From contig CAZYNM010000007.1 in assembly GCA_964648715.1 (NCBI GenBank), forward strand, positions 1,436 to 65,435: 64,000 bases of DNA, written 5' to 3'. The stretch's first letter is position 1. Each line of letters opens with the position of its first letter. Positions 1 to 8,651 of the stretch are shown here, piece by piece. The notes under the pieces were generated by a model that saw only the letters and a program-made list of their open reading frames with translations, ran no database searches and was not told the DNA's origin. The translations under genes and the position numbers were made by a program. The stretch comes from an uncultured Pseudomonadales bacterium. Its GTDB lineage: Bacteria > Patescibacteriota > Microgenomatia > UBA1400 > PJMF01.

Positions 1-1359
1 CTCTGGGGGCATAAAACCACTAAAGCCATTATAGAGTGCTTTGCCATGGTGTAACTGATAGAGCATCCGATTGTCTTCAAGTCCTTCAAACGGTACCATA
101 TCCCACTGTGACAGTGGCAATTCTGCGAGCGTTTTTTCTGGTGCAGCGGCAACAGCTGCATAGATAGGTGGTATTGTGGTAGCAATGGGGATAAGGGGCA
201 CATAGGTGTACCGTAACCATAGCATGGCTGCCAGCCAGATGGTCCCCCCTGCTAGAAGTATGAAACGTGGTACTTGGCGTCTCGAAAGTACCTCTCCCAG
301 TGATAATGTAAGCCCAAAGTTAAGGAGTACACTCCAGCGTGTTACAGCTCGAAATGCTTGGATACCCGGAACAATGTAGTACAGAACAGCATATGGTAAT
401 GGAATGGCAAAACCAAGCGGTTTGAACGTAGTATCGCCAAGTTTAATCACCGGACCCAGCATGCACACTGCACCGGTGCCGGCCATGATTAGCCAAGTAG
501 TTAGGTCAGAATTGTTCTGCTTGCCCTGGACGTGCCACACACGCTCTAGCACTATAGTGAAGATAAGTAAGCCTAGTACGTCTGGCCACAAAAGACGAGT
601 AATGGAAAACGAAAAATGGGCAGTATCACGGATGCTGCGTGCAGCGTGATAGGTGGCAGCTGTCTCTACCCATGGCAGGTAGTACCAAGCACACACTCCC
701 AACGTTACACTCACAATACTGAGAAACATATTGTCGGTGAGGACCGCACGCACTTTCTGTTCTGAAACAACTAATACTAGCGCGGCGGCAGCACACACGT
801 AGCCAGTAAAGGGAGAGTTGAGTGCTTGGGCCACAAAAAAAACTGCCCACAAGAGTGCATAGAATGGGCTTTTTGAATAGAGATACCTCTGGAGAGCCCA
901 GATACTTAGAGGAAGTCCTGCTAGTAAGTACGTGTGTAGATGCACCATAAATTGGAGCTGCAAAAAAGATGTTGCAAACACCAGCGCGATACCAGCAGCC
1001 AGGGAAGATGACTTCCATAGCGAGCGCGCTAACACAAAAAAAGCCAGGAAATTGGTCATACTACCCAAGACAATAAAGGTGTTGTGTTGGGCTATGGGAT
1101 TACTGGTGAACTGCGCAATGATCACTGCTACTGCACCAGCAGTGATAAAAGGATCTGAGTAGGTAACGGTGTATGGATATGGATGAAAAAAAGGCCAATG
1201 GTACCAGCTACCTGTCCCCTGCCAAGCCGTACTGCTTTGCTGTATAAGCCAAATAATGAGTGGGCCATCATTGGGTGAAGTGGTATGTGTGGTCCAGTGT
1301 GTAAAAAGTGTGAAATGAAACAGAATAAGGAGCAGCAGTGCTGCCAGAGCTGCTTTCAT
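1..1359 (-). CDS. Polytopic membrane protein, partial (C-terminus lies beyond window start). Candidate GT-C-type glycosyltransferase-like protein.
   Basis: Manual translation of the minus strand from ATG 1359-1357 (ATGA overlap with the mnmA stop) is open for 453 codons down to position 1. Product is very hydrophobic (MKAALAALLLLILFHF..., many W/F/L/Y-rich helices). Absent from the ORF track because it has no in-window stop. The listed ORFs 626..1018, 404..649 and 932..1162 are out-of-frame overlaps. Confidence 0.6.
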   Translation of the reverse strand, partial: MKAALAALLLLILFHFTLFTHWTTHTTSPNDGPLIIWLIQQSSTAWQGTGSWYHWPFFHPYPYTVTYSDPFITAGAVAVIIAQFTSNPIAQHNTFIVLGSMTNFLAFFVLARSLWKSSSLAAGIALVFATSFLQLQFMVHLHTYLLAGLPLSIWALQRYLYSKSPFYALLWAVFFVAQALNSPFTGYVCAAAALVLVVSEQKVRAVLTDNMFLSIVSVTLGVCAWYYLPWVETAATYHAARSIRDTAHFSFSITRLLWPDVLGLLIFTIVLERVWHVQGKQNNSDLTTWLIMAGTGAVCMLGPVIKLGDTTFKPLGFAIPLPYAVLYYIVPGIQAFRAVTRWSVLLNFGLTLSLGEVLSRRQVPRFILLAGGTIWLAAMLWLRYTYVPLIPIATTIPPIYAAVAAAPEKTLAELPLSQWDMVPFEGLEDNRMLYQLHHGKALYNGFSGFMPPE

Positions 1360-2441
1360 GACATGAGTGCTCCGCCAAGACAGACCGTGCGTCCATCTCG
1401 CTCGGTATAGAACACTGCTGCCTGACCTTCTGCAATACCTTGGATTGGTTCACTAAGTGTCACGGTGCCCTGCCCGTTATCTTGATTTTCTTGCAGTAGT
1501 GTACAGGTTATTCGTTTGCCAAGATGTCTTATGCGCACAGTGAGTTGTTCGCTAGGAAGTGGTGTCTCGATCCAATGGAGTTCACGGATGTTAAAAGTGG
1601 CTGCGTAGGTCTCTGCGCCAAACCCCACAACCAATGTGTTTGTCTCTGGTAGCTTCCGTACGACATAGTAGGGAGGAAAATTATCTTTTTCAAAGCTGCT
1701 GCCATCTTGCAAAGTTACCACAGTTTTCTTGTCTATTGTAAAGCCGTGCCTTTGACCAATGGTGTAGAACCACAACCCACTATGTTGTCCAATTGTACGA
1801 CCTTGCACATCTACAACTGGTCCCGGATTTTCACCTAGTCTCTCCTTGAGAAAGGCGTGCACATTGATATCACCAATAAAACAAATTCCTACAGAATCTT
1901 TTTTGTGCGCCACGGCTAATCCTCGTTCTTCCGCTTGTCGGCGTACTTCTGTTTTTGTATAGCTTGCCAGAGGAAAAACACAGTGTTTAAGTTGTTTTTG
2001 TTGCAAAAGATACAAGAAATATGTCTGATCTTTGTGTGTATCTTTGGGTATGCAGAGTGAAGAATTGTGGATAGCAGCGTAATGTCCAGTTGCTATGGCA
2101 TCATAGCCATGCTCAAGTGCCCAGTCATAAAACAGACCAAACTTGATTTCTTTATTACACAGCACATCGGGATTGGGAGTGCGGCCAGCAGCGTACTCAG
2201 AAAAGAAATACTCCACTACACTGTCTCTATATTTTTGCTTAAAATCTAATACTTGAAACGGAATTCCTAGATCAAGCGCAACCTTGAGTGCATCCGCCCG
2301 GTCTTGTTCGGTTCTACAGCCCGGTGCACGCCAGCACTCTAAGTATACTCCGGTTACCGCGTACCCCGCTTCTGTGAGGAGATGTGCACACAGGGAAGAA
2401 TCTACTCCTCCGCTCATACCAAGTGCAATTTTTTTCTTCAT
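1356..2441 (-). CDS. mnmA: tRNA-specific 2-thiouridylase MnmA
   Basis: N-terminal PP-loop SGGVDSS, and ...GRTPNPDVLCNKEIKF..., typical of MnmA/TrmU. 361 aa. Confidence 0.9.
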   Translation of the reverse strand: MKKKIALGMSGGVDSSLCAHLLTEAGYAVTGVYLECWRAPGCRTEQDRADALKVALDLGIPFQVLDFKQKYRDSVVEYFFSEYAAGRTPNPDVLCNKEIKFGLFYDWALEHGYDAIATGHYAAIHNSSLCIPKDTHKDQTYFLYLLQQKQLKHCVFPLASYTKTEVRRQAEERGLAVAHKKDSVGICFIGDINVHAFLKERLGENPGPVVDVQGRTIGQHSGLWFYTIGQRHGFTIDKKTVVTLQDGSSFEKDNFPPYYVVRKLPETNTLVVGFGAETYAATFNIRELHWIETPLPSEQLTVRIRHLGKRITCTLLQENQDNGQGTVTLSEPIQGIAEGQAAVFYTERDGRTVCLGGALMS

Positions 2442-2478
2442 GAGAAGCGTATTATAACAAGTACATAACTAACTAGTC

Positions 2479-3252
2479 TCAGTAGGTAATTTCTCTAAAG
2501 GGAAGCTCTAAAGTTGTGTACTGCTGTACCTCCGTCCGTGGTAATTGTTCCCCACCAGATACACGATAAATGCCAGGCCCTGTTTGTGAAAGACCATAAA
2601 AGTATACAAAGCCTTCTGGACTAAGCGGCACTGAGTCGTGTTGTTCCGTACCAGCACTAACCTGTGGTTGATAGCCAAAACGAAGTTTATATTCTAAATT
2701 CCCCACGGTATTAATGACGCCAAAAGCATTCCTACTCCGGCCTGCGGAGATCGCTGTACAGGCTTGTTCTTTGGACCATTCTAAAAAGGCATAGTCAAGC
2801 AATGCACCTACCGATGATCTGCCACCTGCAGGCAGCTCGATACGATCATTGGCACGAAATGCAATGCTAGAACGGTGCGTGTGGGGAGCAAAGGTGAATA
2901 CCAGTGTGGCAACGACTTGAGCTTCCTGAGAGATACTAATGAGGTAGACATCTTTTTCTTCTTCACACTTATGCACATACCACTGTGGTGTGGCGAGAAG
3001 CTCGTAACCTTGTTCATTCATCTTTGCAGTGTAGTAAGGTAACCAAGCCTCAAATGCAGCAGCGTCAAGCTTCTTACACTCTTGTGTGAGATGTGCTTGT
3101 GTCATGACATCGCCACGCTTCCTGAGGAATCCGCGCAGCGACTTGCTCTTAACGGCAGAAAGTATGTCTGGAGCATGAATGGGGAAAAACCAACTCACTT
3201 TTTCTGGTCTCTGAACGGCATGCGGGGTGAGGTCAAATAAGTTGTGTTGCAT
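2479..3252 (-). CDS. Hypothetical protein, paralog B of a tandem pair. Possible GNAT-fold FemAB/CelD-like (PF13480-like) aminoacyl/peptidyl transferase.
   Basis: Clearly paralogous to the 3233..4021 product. Both start MQH... and share ...LASPQWY..., GRSxNAFG...LE[FY]K. Start placed at the internal Met (MQHNLFDL) by analogy with the paralog; the ORF upstream of that Met overlaps the neighbouring gene. The C-terminal G-R...FGA block loosely resembles the DfgrG..YK..FGA region of CelD/FemAB-like GNATs. Confidence 0.5.
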   Translation of the reverse strand: MQHNLFDLTPHAVQRPEKVSWFFPIHAPDILSAVKSKSLRGFLRKRGDVMTQAHLTQECKKLDAAAFEAWLPYYTAKMNEQGYELLATPQWYVHKCEEEKDVYLISISQEAQVVATLVFTFAPHTHRSSIAFRANDRIELPAGGRSSVGALLDYAFLEWSKEQACTAISAGRSRNAFGVINTVGNLEYKLRFGYQPQVSAGTEQHDSVPLSPEGFVYFYGLSQTGPGIYRVSGGEQLPRTEVQQYTTLELPFREITY

Positions 3253-4021
3253 AGGGGTGGAGTAACCTTTCGATTCCTGGCGTTCCGTACTGTTTTTCAA
3301 GTTGTTCGGTGGACAGGGTGTCACTTGCCACAAAGAGACGTAATGTAGCTGTAGTGGGGCCGGAAAGTACGTACGCTGCGACACCTGGTTGACCTGCAGT
3401 TGCTGCAGGAATGGTGGTGAGAAGTTCTTCTCCGGGAATATATACTGGTTCATAAAAGTTGGTTTTGAACTCTAAATACCCCAACGTTGTCTGGGCGCCA
3501 AATGCATTATAGGAGCGGCCACCAGAAATAGTGGCTACTTGTTCTTGACAGCATGCACGAATAAAGAAGTAATCGATGAGAGAGCCAAGTGAACTATTTG
3601 ATTGTGAGGAAAGTGACAAAAGCTCACTGGCCTTAAACGCAAGAGTCGCAAGCTCTGTGCCTTTTTGTGAGACAATACCTGTACCCACCAGTAAGTTTTG
3701 TTTGTAGAAAAACAGACCACGGATAATCTTGCCTTCAGCAATTTTTTCATCATACCATTGTGGAGATGCCAATAAGTCATGGTTTCTTGCATTCATTCTT
3801 GTCTTATAAAAAGGCAACCAGTCAAGATAGTTTTGTCGTGTGAGCTGTTCGTACTGCCAGCGAATACCATTGGCAGCAAGGTTTTCTTCTGCCCGTAACA
3901 CAAACTTTCGCAAAGACTTACTACGTATCCCTGCAAAACATTGATCTCTATCACCGTGATAATACCAACGAATCCGCTGTGGTCTAACGAAGCCGAGAGG
4001 TCTGATGTCAATGTGTTGCAT
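3233..4021 (-). CDS. Hypothetical protein, paralog A of a tandem pair. Possible GNAT-fold FemAB/CelD-like transferase.
   Basis: Paralog of 2479..3252 (MQHIDIRPLG..., DLLASPQWY, ISGGRSYNAFGAQTTLGYLEFK). A start at MQH gives a 14-nt overlap with the upstream gene end (4008). Confidence 0.5.
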   Translation of the reverse strand: MQHIDIRPLGFVRPQRIRWYYHGDRDQCFAGIRSKSLRKFVLRAEENLAANGIRWQYEQLTRQNYLDWLPFYKTRMNARNHDLLASPQWYDEKIAEGKIIRGLFFYKQNLLVGTGIVSQKGTELATLAFKASELLSLSSQSNSSLGSLIDYFFIRACCQEQVATISGGRSYNAFGAQTTLGYLEFKTNFYEPVYIPGEELLTTIPAATAGQPGVAAYVLSGPTTATLRLFVASDTLSTEQLEKQYGTPGIERLLHPYATQLI

Positions 4022-5699
4022 CTGCTTCCACTGGATTGAATAAACTACGGTAAGAAACCATGGTAGCGCGTTCAAGTACGGCATGCCAAGGGCTCTGCGG
4101 ATCCGTGACTTTCTCAAACGGAATTTTACCAATCATAAAGTAGTCAAGCAGATCGAGGATAGCATCACGACCAAGTTCTTCTAAATAATCATGGAGTTTT
4201 TCGGTATGCGCAGGATCTTGATCTACCTGTGAGCCCAAAAAAGTCCGAGCTATCGCCTTACCAATTTTAGTGATGTACTGCACGTTGAAATCTCTGGTTG
4301 CTTCAATATGTGGGTGTGTTCTGTCATTATTTTCTAATGGCAGCATGCGCTTGAAGAAGTCAAAAAGTGCCATTTGACCCTCAAAATAAATGGTGTCTTT
4401 GGGGAAGGTTTCTGCAACCAACAGGGTATGTGCTGTGCCAGCTTGGCTGATTGTAACAGGAACTGCTTGGTGATTGAGGGTGGTCCCTCGCTGAATACGC
4501 CACAGAATATCTCCCGCATCTTGTTCGGGAATACCGTACTCTCTCAATTGAGTGTAGATATCTTGTAGCGAGTGTTTGGCTTTCACTGTTCCATCTACAT
4601 CAGCTGCTGTCTTGAGACAGAGTGCAATTGCATAGTAGCGTGCAGCCATCTTTGCTTGTCGCTCATGACCAAACAACTCACCAGCCAAAAGCTCTGCTAG
4701 GACCGCAAGACCTTCGTCGGTTGTCTCGTATCCTTCTGTTCCCTCTTGGAGCAATGTCACTGATTGCCGGGATCCATTCTCGCCACGTATGATATGAACA
4801 AACTCATGCGACACAAATAACTCAATTTCTGTGGGGTCATATGTTTCACTTTCAGGTATACGAATCACTTTTGCTTTGGCATTGACTGTTGTTGCCACTG
4901 AGGCATCAATAATAACGTTCCAACTATCTGCAATACCCAACCTTTTTAAGAAGACGGTATATAAGTGTTTAGTTTCTTGTGGTTGAAGTGGTTCATCAGA
5001 ACTCAGCCGTTCCAATGACAAAGGGGCCAGTTCAGCATCAGTCAAACGAAAATAATTTTGAAATGAATCTGTCTTGTGTATATCTTCTTTTTGAGTTGCT
5101 TGGGACAGCTCAAGTACCGTGCGGGCTGCATCCTCATACTGGAGTGTCACCTCACCACGTTGTTGGGTTTTCTCCAGATCAAGGAGAACAGATAAACGCG
5201 GTGAGCCGGCTGCATTGGTAAATTCTGGAGTTCCTATGACTTGCCCTGTCTCACAAAACTGCAACCAAGCAGTTGCCTTCTCTGCATACGCCTCTTTGAC
5301 TGCTGCGGGGATCTGCGCACCTTCAAGCATGTGTAAAAAGGCGTTGAGCTTGTGGTGATATGCAGCAAGTTGTTGGGGCATATGAAGGGCGATGACCTCT
5401 TGAACACTTGCTGGAGCAGTGGCACTATCTTGGTGAATGGTATATAAAGGGGCTGCGGGTTGAAACTCGGTTATCTTTTGTTGATAGTTTTGTTCGAGCG
5501 TTTTTTTGAACATGGTGCGATAGGCGGCGGGAACCCCCACAGCATCCAAAATCCCAAAATTATTTTTAGGAAGCAATTCCTCCCATTGCTGTACGACTTC
5601 GGCGATACACTCTGCTTCGCCCTGGTCTTTGACAACTTCTTGTTGAAGCGTTGTGCCACCATCAAGAAAAGCTAGTAATTCGGCAGTCTCTTTGTTCAT
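4008..5699 (-). CDS. DUF1704 family protein (flavohemoglobin expression-modulating QEGLA-motif / MATCAP-like predicted zinc metallopeptidase)
   Basis: 563 aa. Contains HExxH (SHEFVHIIRGENG) followed by LLQEGTEGYETTDEGLAVLAELL, resembling the QEGLA signature of TIGR02421/PF08014. ATGA overlap with the upstream ATP-grasp gene. Confidence 0.65.
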   Translation of the reverse strand: MNKETAELLAFLDGGTTLQQEVVKDQGEAECIAEVVQQWEELLPKNNFGILDAVGVPAAYRTMFKKTLEQNYQQKITEFQPAAPLYTIHQDSATAPASVQEVIALHMPQQLAAYHHKLNAFLHMLEGAQIPAAVKEAYAEKATAWLQFCETGQVIGTPEFTNAAGSPRLSVLLDLEKTQQRGEVTLQYEDAARTVLELSQATQKEDIHKTDSFQNYFRLTDAELAPLSLERLSSDEPLQPQETKHLYTVFLKRLGIADSWNVIIDASVATTVNAKAKVIRIPESETYDPTEIELFVSHEFVHIIRGENGSRQSVTLLQEGTEGYETTDEGLAVLAELLAGELFGHERQAKMAARYYAIALCLKTAADVDGTVKAKHSLQDIYTQLREYGIPEQDAGDILWRIQRGTTLNHQAVPVTISQAGTAHTLLVAETFPKDTIYFEGQMALFDFFKRMLPLENNDRTHPHIEATRDFNVQYITKIGKAIARTFLGSQVDQDPAHTEKLHDYLEELGRDAILDLLDYFMIGKIPFEKVTDPQSPWHAVLERATMVSYRSLFNPVEADATH

Positions 5700-6748
5700 A
5701 CAACCTTTGCACTCAATTCTGGGAACATGACAAGGACAAACTCACGGTCAGTGTATCGTTTTTGTCCTTCATATGGAAACTCATGAATACACAATCCAGG
5801 TGAGCTGTTAATCTCAACAATGATGTATGTGTCAGGTGTTTGTGGCTGTGTAATGTCTTGAGACATGAAGTCCACCCCGGCAAAGTGGAGACCTGGAATA
5901 GCACGCACTGCCTGTACTGCAATCTCTTTAACAGAAGGATGCACACGGTCAGTCATATCAATACTGTCTCCCCCTTGCATTACATTGGAGACAGAACGTA
6001 AAAATACTTTTTGACCAGCAACAGGAATGCTTTGAAGTGTTAGGTTTTGGCGAGTAAGGTTGGCCATCATGTCGTCATTTTTTTCAATAATGAAAAGTGC
6101 ATAATCAAGTGTGCGGCCACGACGTGGGTCAGCATTTTTACGATCAACTAATGTCTCAACAGTACTTATGCCGTCCCCCACTACATTGGCTGGTTCTCGA
6201 TGAATGATACCTACTACTTTTTCTCGAGTAGTAAGTACTCGATATTCCTTACCAGAAAATTGTTCTTCAACTAGTGCCCCAGCGTCTTCATCGCTGGTAA
6301 ACGATAGCGCTTTTTTGAGTGCAACCCGATACGCATCTAAGTCTTGAATATTCATACTAATGGCCTGTCCTTGCAAACCATGTGTAGGCTTCACAACCAC
6401 GGGTTTATGTAGTGCTTCAAAGACACGTGTGGTGTAGGCATCAGTATCAGTAGCGTCAACTTTGTATCCGTTCGCTACCTGTATACCGGCGTTTCTGAGC
6501 AATGTATTGGTGGTGTTCTTATCTAGACATGAAGAAAAACCAATGTCTGTCGTATCAGCTGACACTTGGTAGCGGAAATACTTCGTTGTGCCATGATACG
6601 TAAGCTCAAGGATTCGTGTTCCAGGAATGGGTCTCCATTCTACTCCAAGTGCCTCAGCTTGTTCCAAAATGAGTTTAGTGCTGAGAGGAATAGGAATCTC
6701 GCGAAATCCGTCTATTGTGCGGATGGTGTGAACATATGTTGTGCTCAT
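5696..6748 (-). CDS. ATP-grasp ligase, cyanophycin-synthetase (CphA) N-terminal-like, standalone (no Mur-ligase domain)
   Basis: 350 aa. ...VVGDGISTVETLVDRKNADPRRG..., ...MQGGDSIDMTDRVHPS..., ...EINSSPGL... match the CphA ATP-grasp half (GDGxxT...DPRRG, DVTD.HP, EVNAxPGL). ATGA overlaps on both sides. Confidence 0.7.
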   Translation of the reverse strand: MSTTYVHTIRTIDGFREIPIPLSTKLILEQAEALGVEWRPIPGTRILELTYHGTTKYFRYQVSADTTDIGFSSCLDKNTTNTLLRNAGIQVANGYKVDATDTDAYTTRVFEALHKPVVVKPTHGLQGQAISMNIQDLDAYRVALKKALSFTSDEDAGALVEEQFSGKEYRVLTTREKVVGIIHREPANVVGDGISTVETLVDRKNADPRRGRTLDYALFIIEKNDDMMANLTRQNLTLQSIPVAGQKVFLRSVSNVMQGGDSIDMTDRVHPSVKEIAVQAVRAIPGLHFAGVDFMSQDITQPQTPDTYIIVEINSSPGLCIHEFPYEGQKRYTDREFVLVMFPELSAKVV

Positions 6749-7701
6749 AGGTGCTCCTGTACGTACTTGAGTATACTCCCTGCTACATTTCGAGGACTAC
6801 CTTGTAATGGGTAGTGATGCATTCGTAGCCCCGGTGAGGCATTGACTTCAATGACTCCTGCGTTCTTTTGCATTGTAATGGGCGTGGTGAGAGATGTGCA
6901 CATGATATCTATACCAATCACGTTGAGATCACAGACACGTGCAATCTGTTCAAATACTGCTGCATTTTCTGGACAAACAGTATCTGTAACATCCCATGCT
7001 TCACCACCGGTGGATAAATTGGCAGTTTTGCGCAAGTGCACTTCTGTGCCTTGCAGCGGCACCGCATCAAGTGCAGAGCCTTGTTCGTTCAAGTATTCGG
7101 TAACTAGTTCATCCACGGTAATGAGACTTAAATTATTTTGATGACCTTCACCTCTCCAAGGATGTTTATTCTTTTCAGTGATCAGTTGTTGTACGGTGTG
7201 TACTCCATCACCAATCACATGAGCTGGCTTACGAAATGCGGCTGCGACAAACTGGTAACCCACACAAACAATACGATACTCTGTGCCAGACAGCATCTCT
7301 TCAAAAAGAACTATACCTTTTTGTGCACTAAAGTGGCGCTGTGCTTCTTCCATGGTCTTGATACCGACAATTACACCTTTGCCGTGACGTTCATCTACTG
7401 GTTTCATCACTAGTGGAAACGTAAGTGTTTTCAACTGATCTAATTCTGTTTCTGTTTTGACGACACAGCCACGTGCAGTGGGTAGTGAAAAGTGTGTCAA
7501 AATTTTTTTGGTGAGTGGTTTGTAGTCTGCAATTGTTTTTCCCACAGAAGATTGCAGGCTTGTTCGCGAACCTCTGGTATACCACTGCTTCTCATCTTTC
7601 TCCATGAAAATAGTTTCATTGTCATCAAAGAGTGTACATTTTATTCCTTGTTTCAGTGCACTCTCGTGCATGATGCGTGAGCTTGCATTTAATGTGAGCA
7701 T
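6745..7701 (-). CDS. ATP-grasp ligase, cyanophycin-synthetase N-terminal-like, standalone. Tandem paralog of 5696..6748.
   Basis: 318 aa. HVIGDGVHTVQQLITEKNKHPWRG, LRKTANLSTGGEAWDVTDTVCPEN, IEVNASPGLRMHHYPLQGSPRNVAGSIL are near-canonical CphA ATP-grasp motifs. The start may be the internal MHESALKQG (7671). Confidence 0.75.
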   Translation of the reverse strand: MLTLNASSRIMHESALKQGIKCTLFDDNETIFMEKDEKQWYTRGSRTSLQSSVGKTIADYKPLTKKILTHFSLPTARGCVVKTETELDQLKTLTFPLVMKPVDERHGKGVIVGIKTMEEAQRHFSAQKGIVLFEEMLSGTEYRIVCVGYQFVAAAFRKPAHVIGDGVHTVQQLITEKNKHPWRGEGHQNNLSLITVDELVTEYLNEQGSALDAVPLQGTEVHLRKTANLSTGGEAWDVTDTVCPENAAVFEQIARVCDLNVIGIDIMCTSLTTPITMQKNAGVIEVNASPGLRMHHYPLQGSPRNVAGSILKYVQEHL

Positions 7702-8651
7702 ACTTCCTTTACTACATCATCAAAATAATTTTGACTGCCTATTGTAGATATGTGATTGAGATACTGATCAAGTTCAAGAAAAAAGGTAGGAAGTGAAAGT
7801 TGTTCACTGGTAACTGTAGTAGAGAAGTTCCGTAATTCTTCTAGAGAAAGCCGACCCCAATACAGCTGGTGCGGATTACTTTTTTGATGAATGAGCCAGT
7901 CATAGACTTGAATACTTCCTTCCAAGTAGCACATCTCACGGCTAAAGAGTCCTGGCTGACTTGTGTCTGTCAAACCACGCTTTACTTTCACGGCGGTGTT
8001 CCAACTGGTCTGTTTTGATCGACCCAACCGTACTAATGTGTCAAATACTTCCGCAAAGGAAGCTTTTTGAGCTGTATATGCTGCGACATAGGAGAAAAAA
8101 GATTTATAAAATCGCTTATCTTGCCTAAGAAGATGGGTGTGCAAGTTGGCAATGCCCTCTTCTGTTCTACGAATCTCATGTTCTGGGCTTTCATAGGTGG
8201 ACCATGCTTGTGCTGCGTGGTTGCGGTAGCGTAAGACGTGTGTCTCAAGTTCGTGGCGAAGTAGGTCACCAAGCTGCTCTTTTGAGTACACTAACGGCAA
8301 TTGAAAATACAGTGCCGTAGGCGTGACCTTACAACGAGACACGAGATTACTATCAAAGTGAACTTCAAGCGGTGTATGAAGAGGGAACCGCTGATTAAAT
8401 GCGGCAACTTGGCTCACAATATCTTCTTGTGAAACGCGATCTGAGATTGCTGTGCTGCCAGGTGCAGGGAACCGCTGCAACATGTCATAGGCATATTCAT
8501 AGAGTCCTTGATGAGGCACGCCCCATTGGGTTAATAGTTCTGGTGCAGGTATGTCTGCATAGGTGAACTGTGGATTATAGGATACGTCGGCAAAGAATTT
8601 CTCTCTTTCCTCCAAAAGATTCGTCGGTTTAACTGCCATAAGCAAGTTCAT
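7689..8651 (-). CDS. DUF1704/QEGLA-like HExxH protein, second copy (predicted metallopeptidase)
   Basis: 320 aa. HExxH in ...LRHELETHVLRY..., then TEEGIANLHTHLL resembling the QEGLA region. Shorter, divergent relative of 4008..5699. 1-nt overlap with the upstream gene. Confidence 0.5.
   Translation of the reverse strand: MNLLMAVKPTNLLEEREKFFADVSYNPQFTYADIPAPELLTQWGVPHQGLYEYAYDMLQRFPAPGSTAISDRVSQEDIVSQVAAFNQRFPLHTPLEVHFDSNLVSRCKVTPTALYFQLPLVYSKEQLGDLLRHELETHVLRYRNHAAQAWSTYESPEHEIRRTEEGIANLHTHLLRQDKRFYKSFFSYVAAYTAQKASFAEVFDTLVRLGRSKQTSWNTAVKVKRGLTDTSQPGLFSREMCYLEGSIQVYDWLIHQKSNPHQLYWGRLSLEELRNFSTTVTSEQLSLPTFFLELDQYLNHISTIGSQNYFDDVVKEVCSH

Noticed and set aside
626-1162. Listed ORFs 626..1018(-), 404..649(+), 932..1162(+)
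   Set aside because: They lie in alternative frames inside the 453-codon partial membrane-protein gene (1..1359, minus strand). They carry no motifs and are judged spurious overlaps.
2808-4011. Small internal ORFs (2808..3017, 3535..3792, 3793..4011 and similar nested ORFs throughout, e.g. 8033..8272, 13072..13407, 16230..16568)
   Set aside because: They are fully nested out-of-frame inside well-supported genes and are low-complexity or arbitrary sequence, typical of random ORFs.
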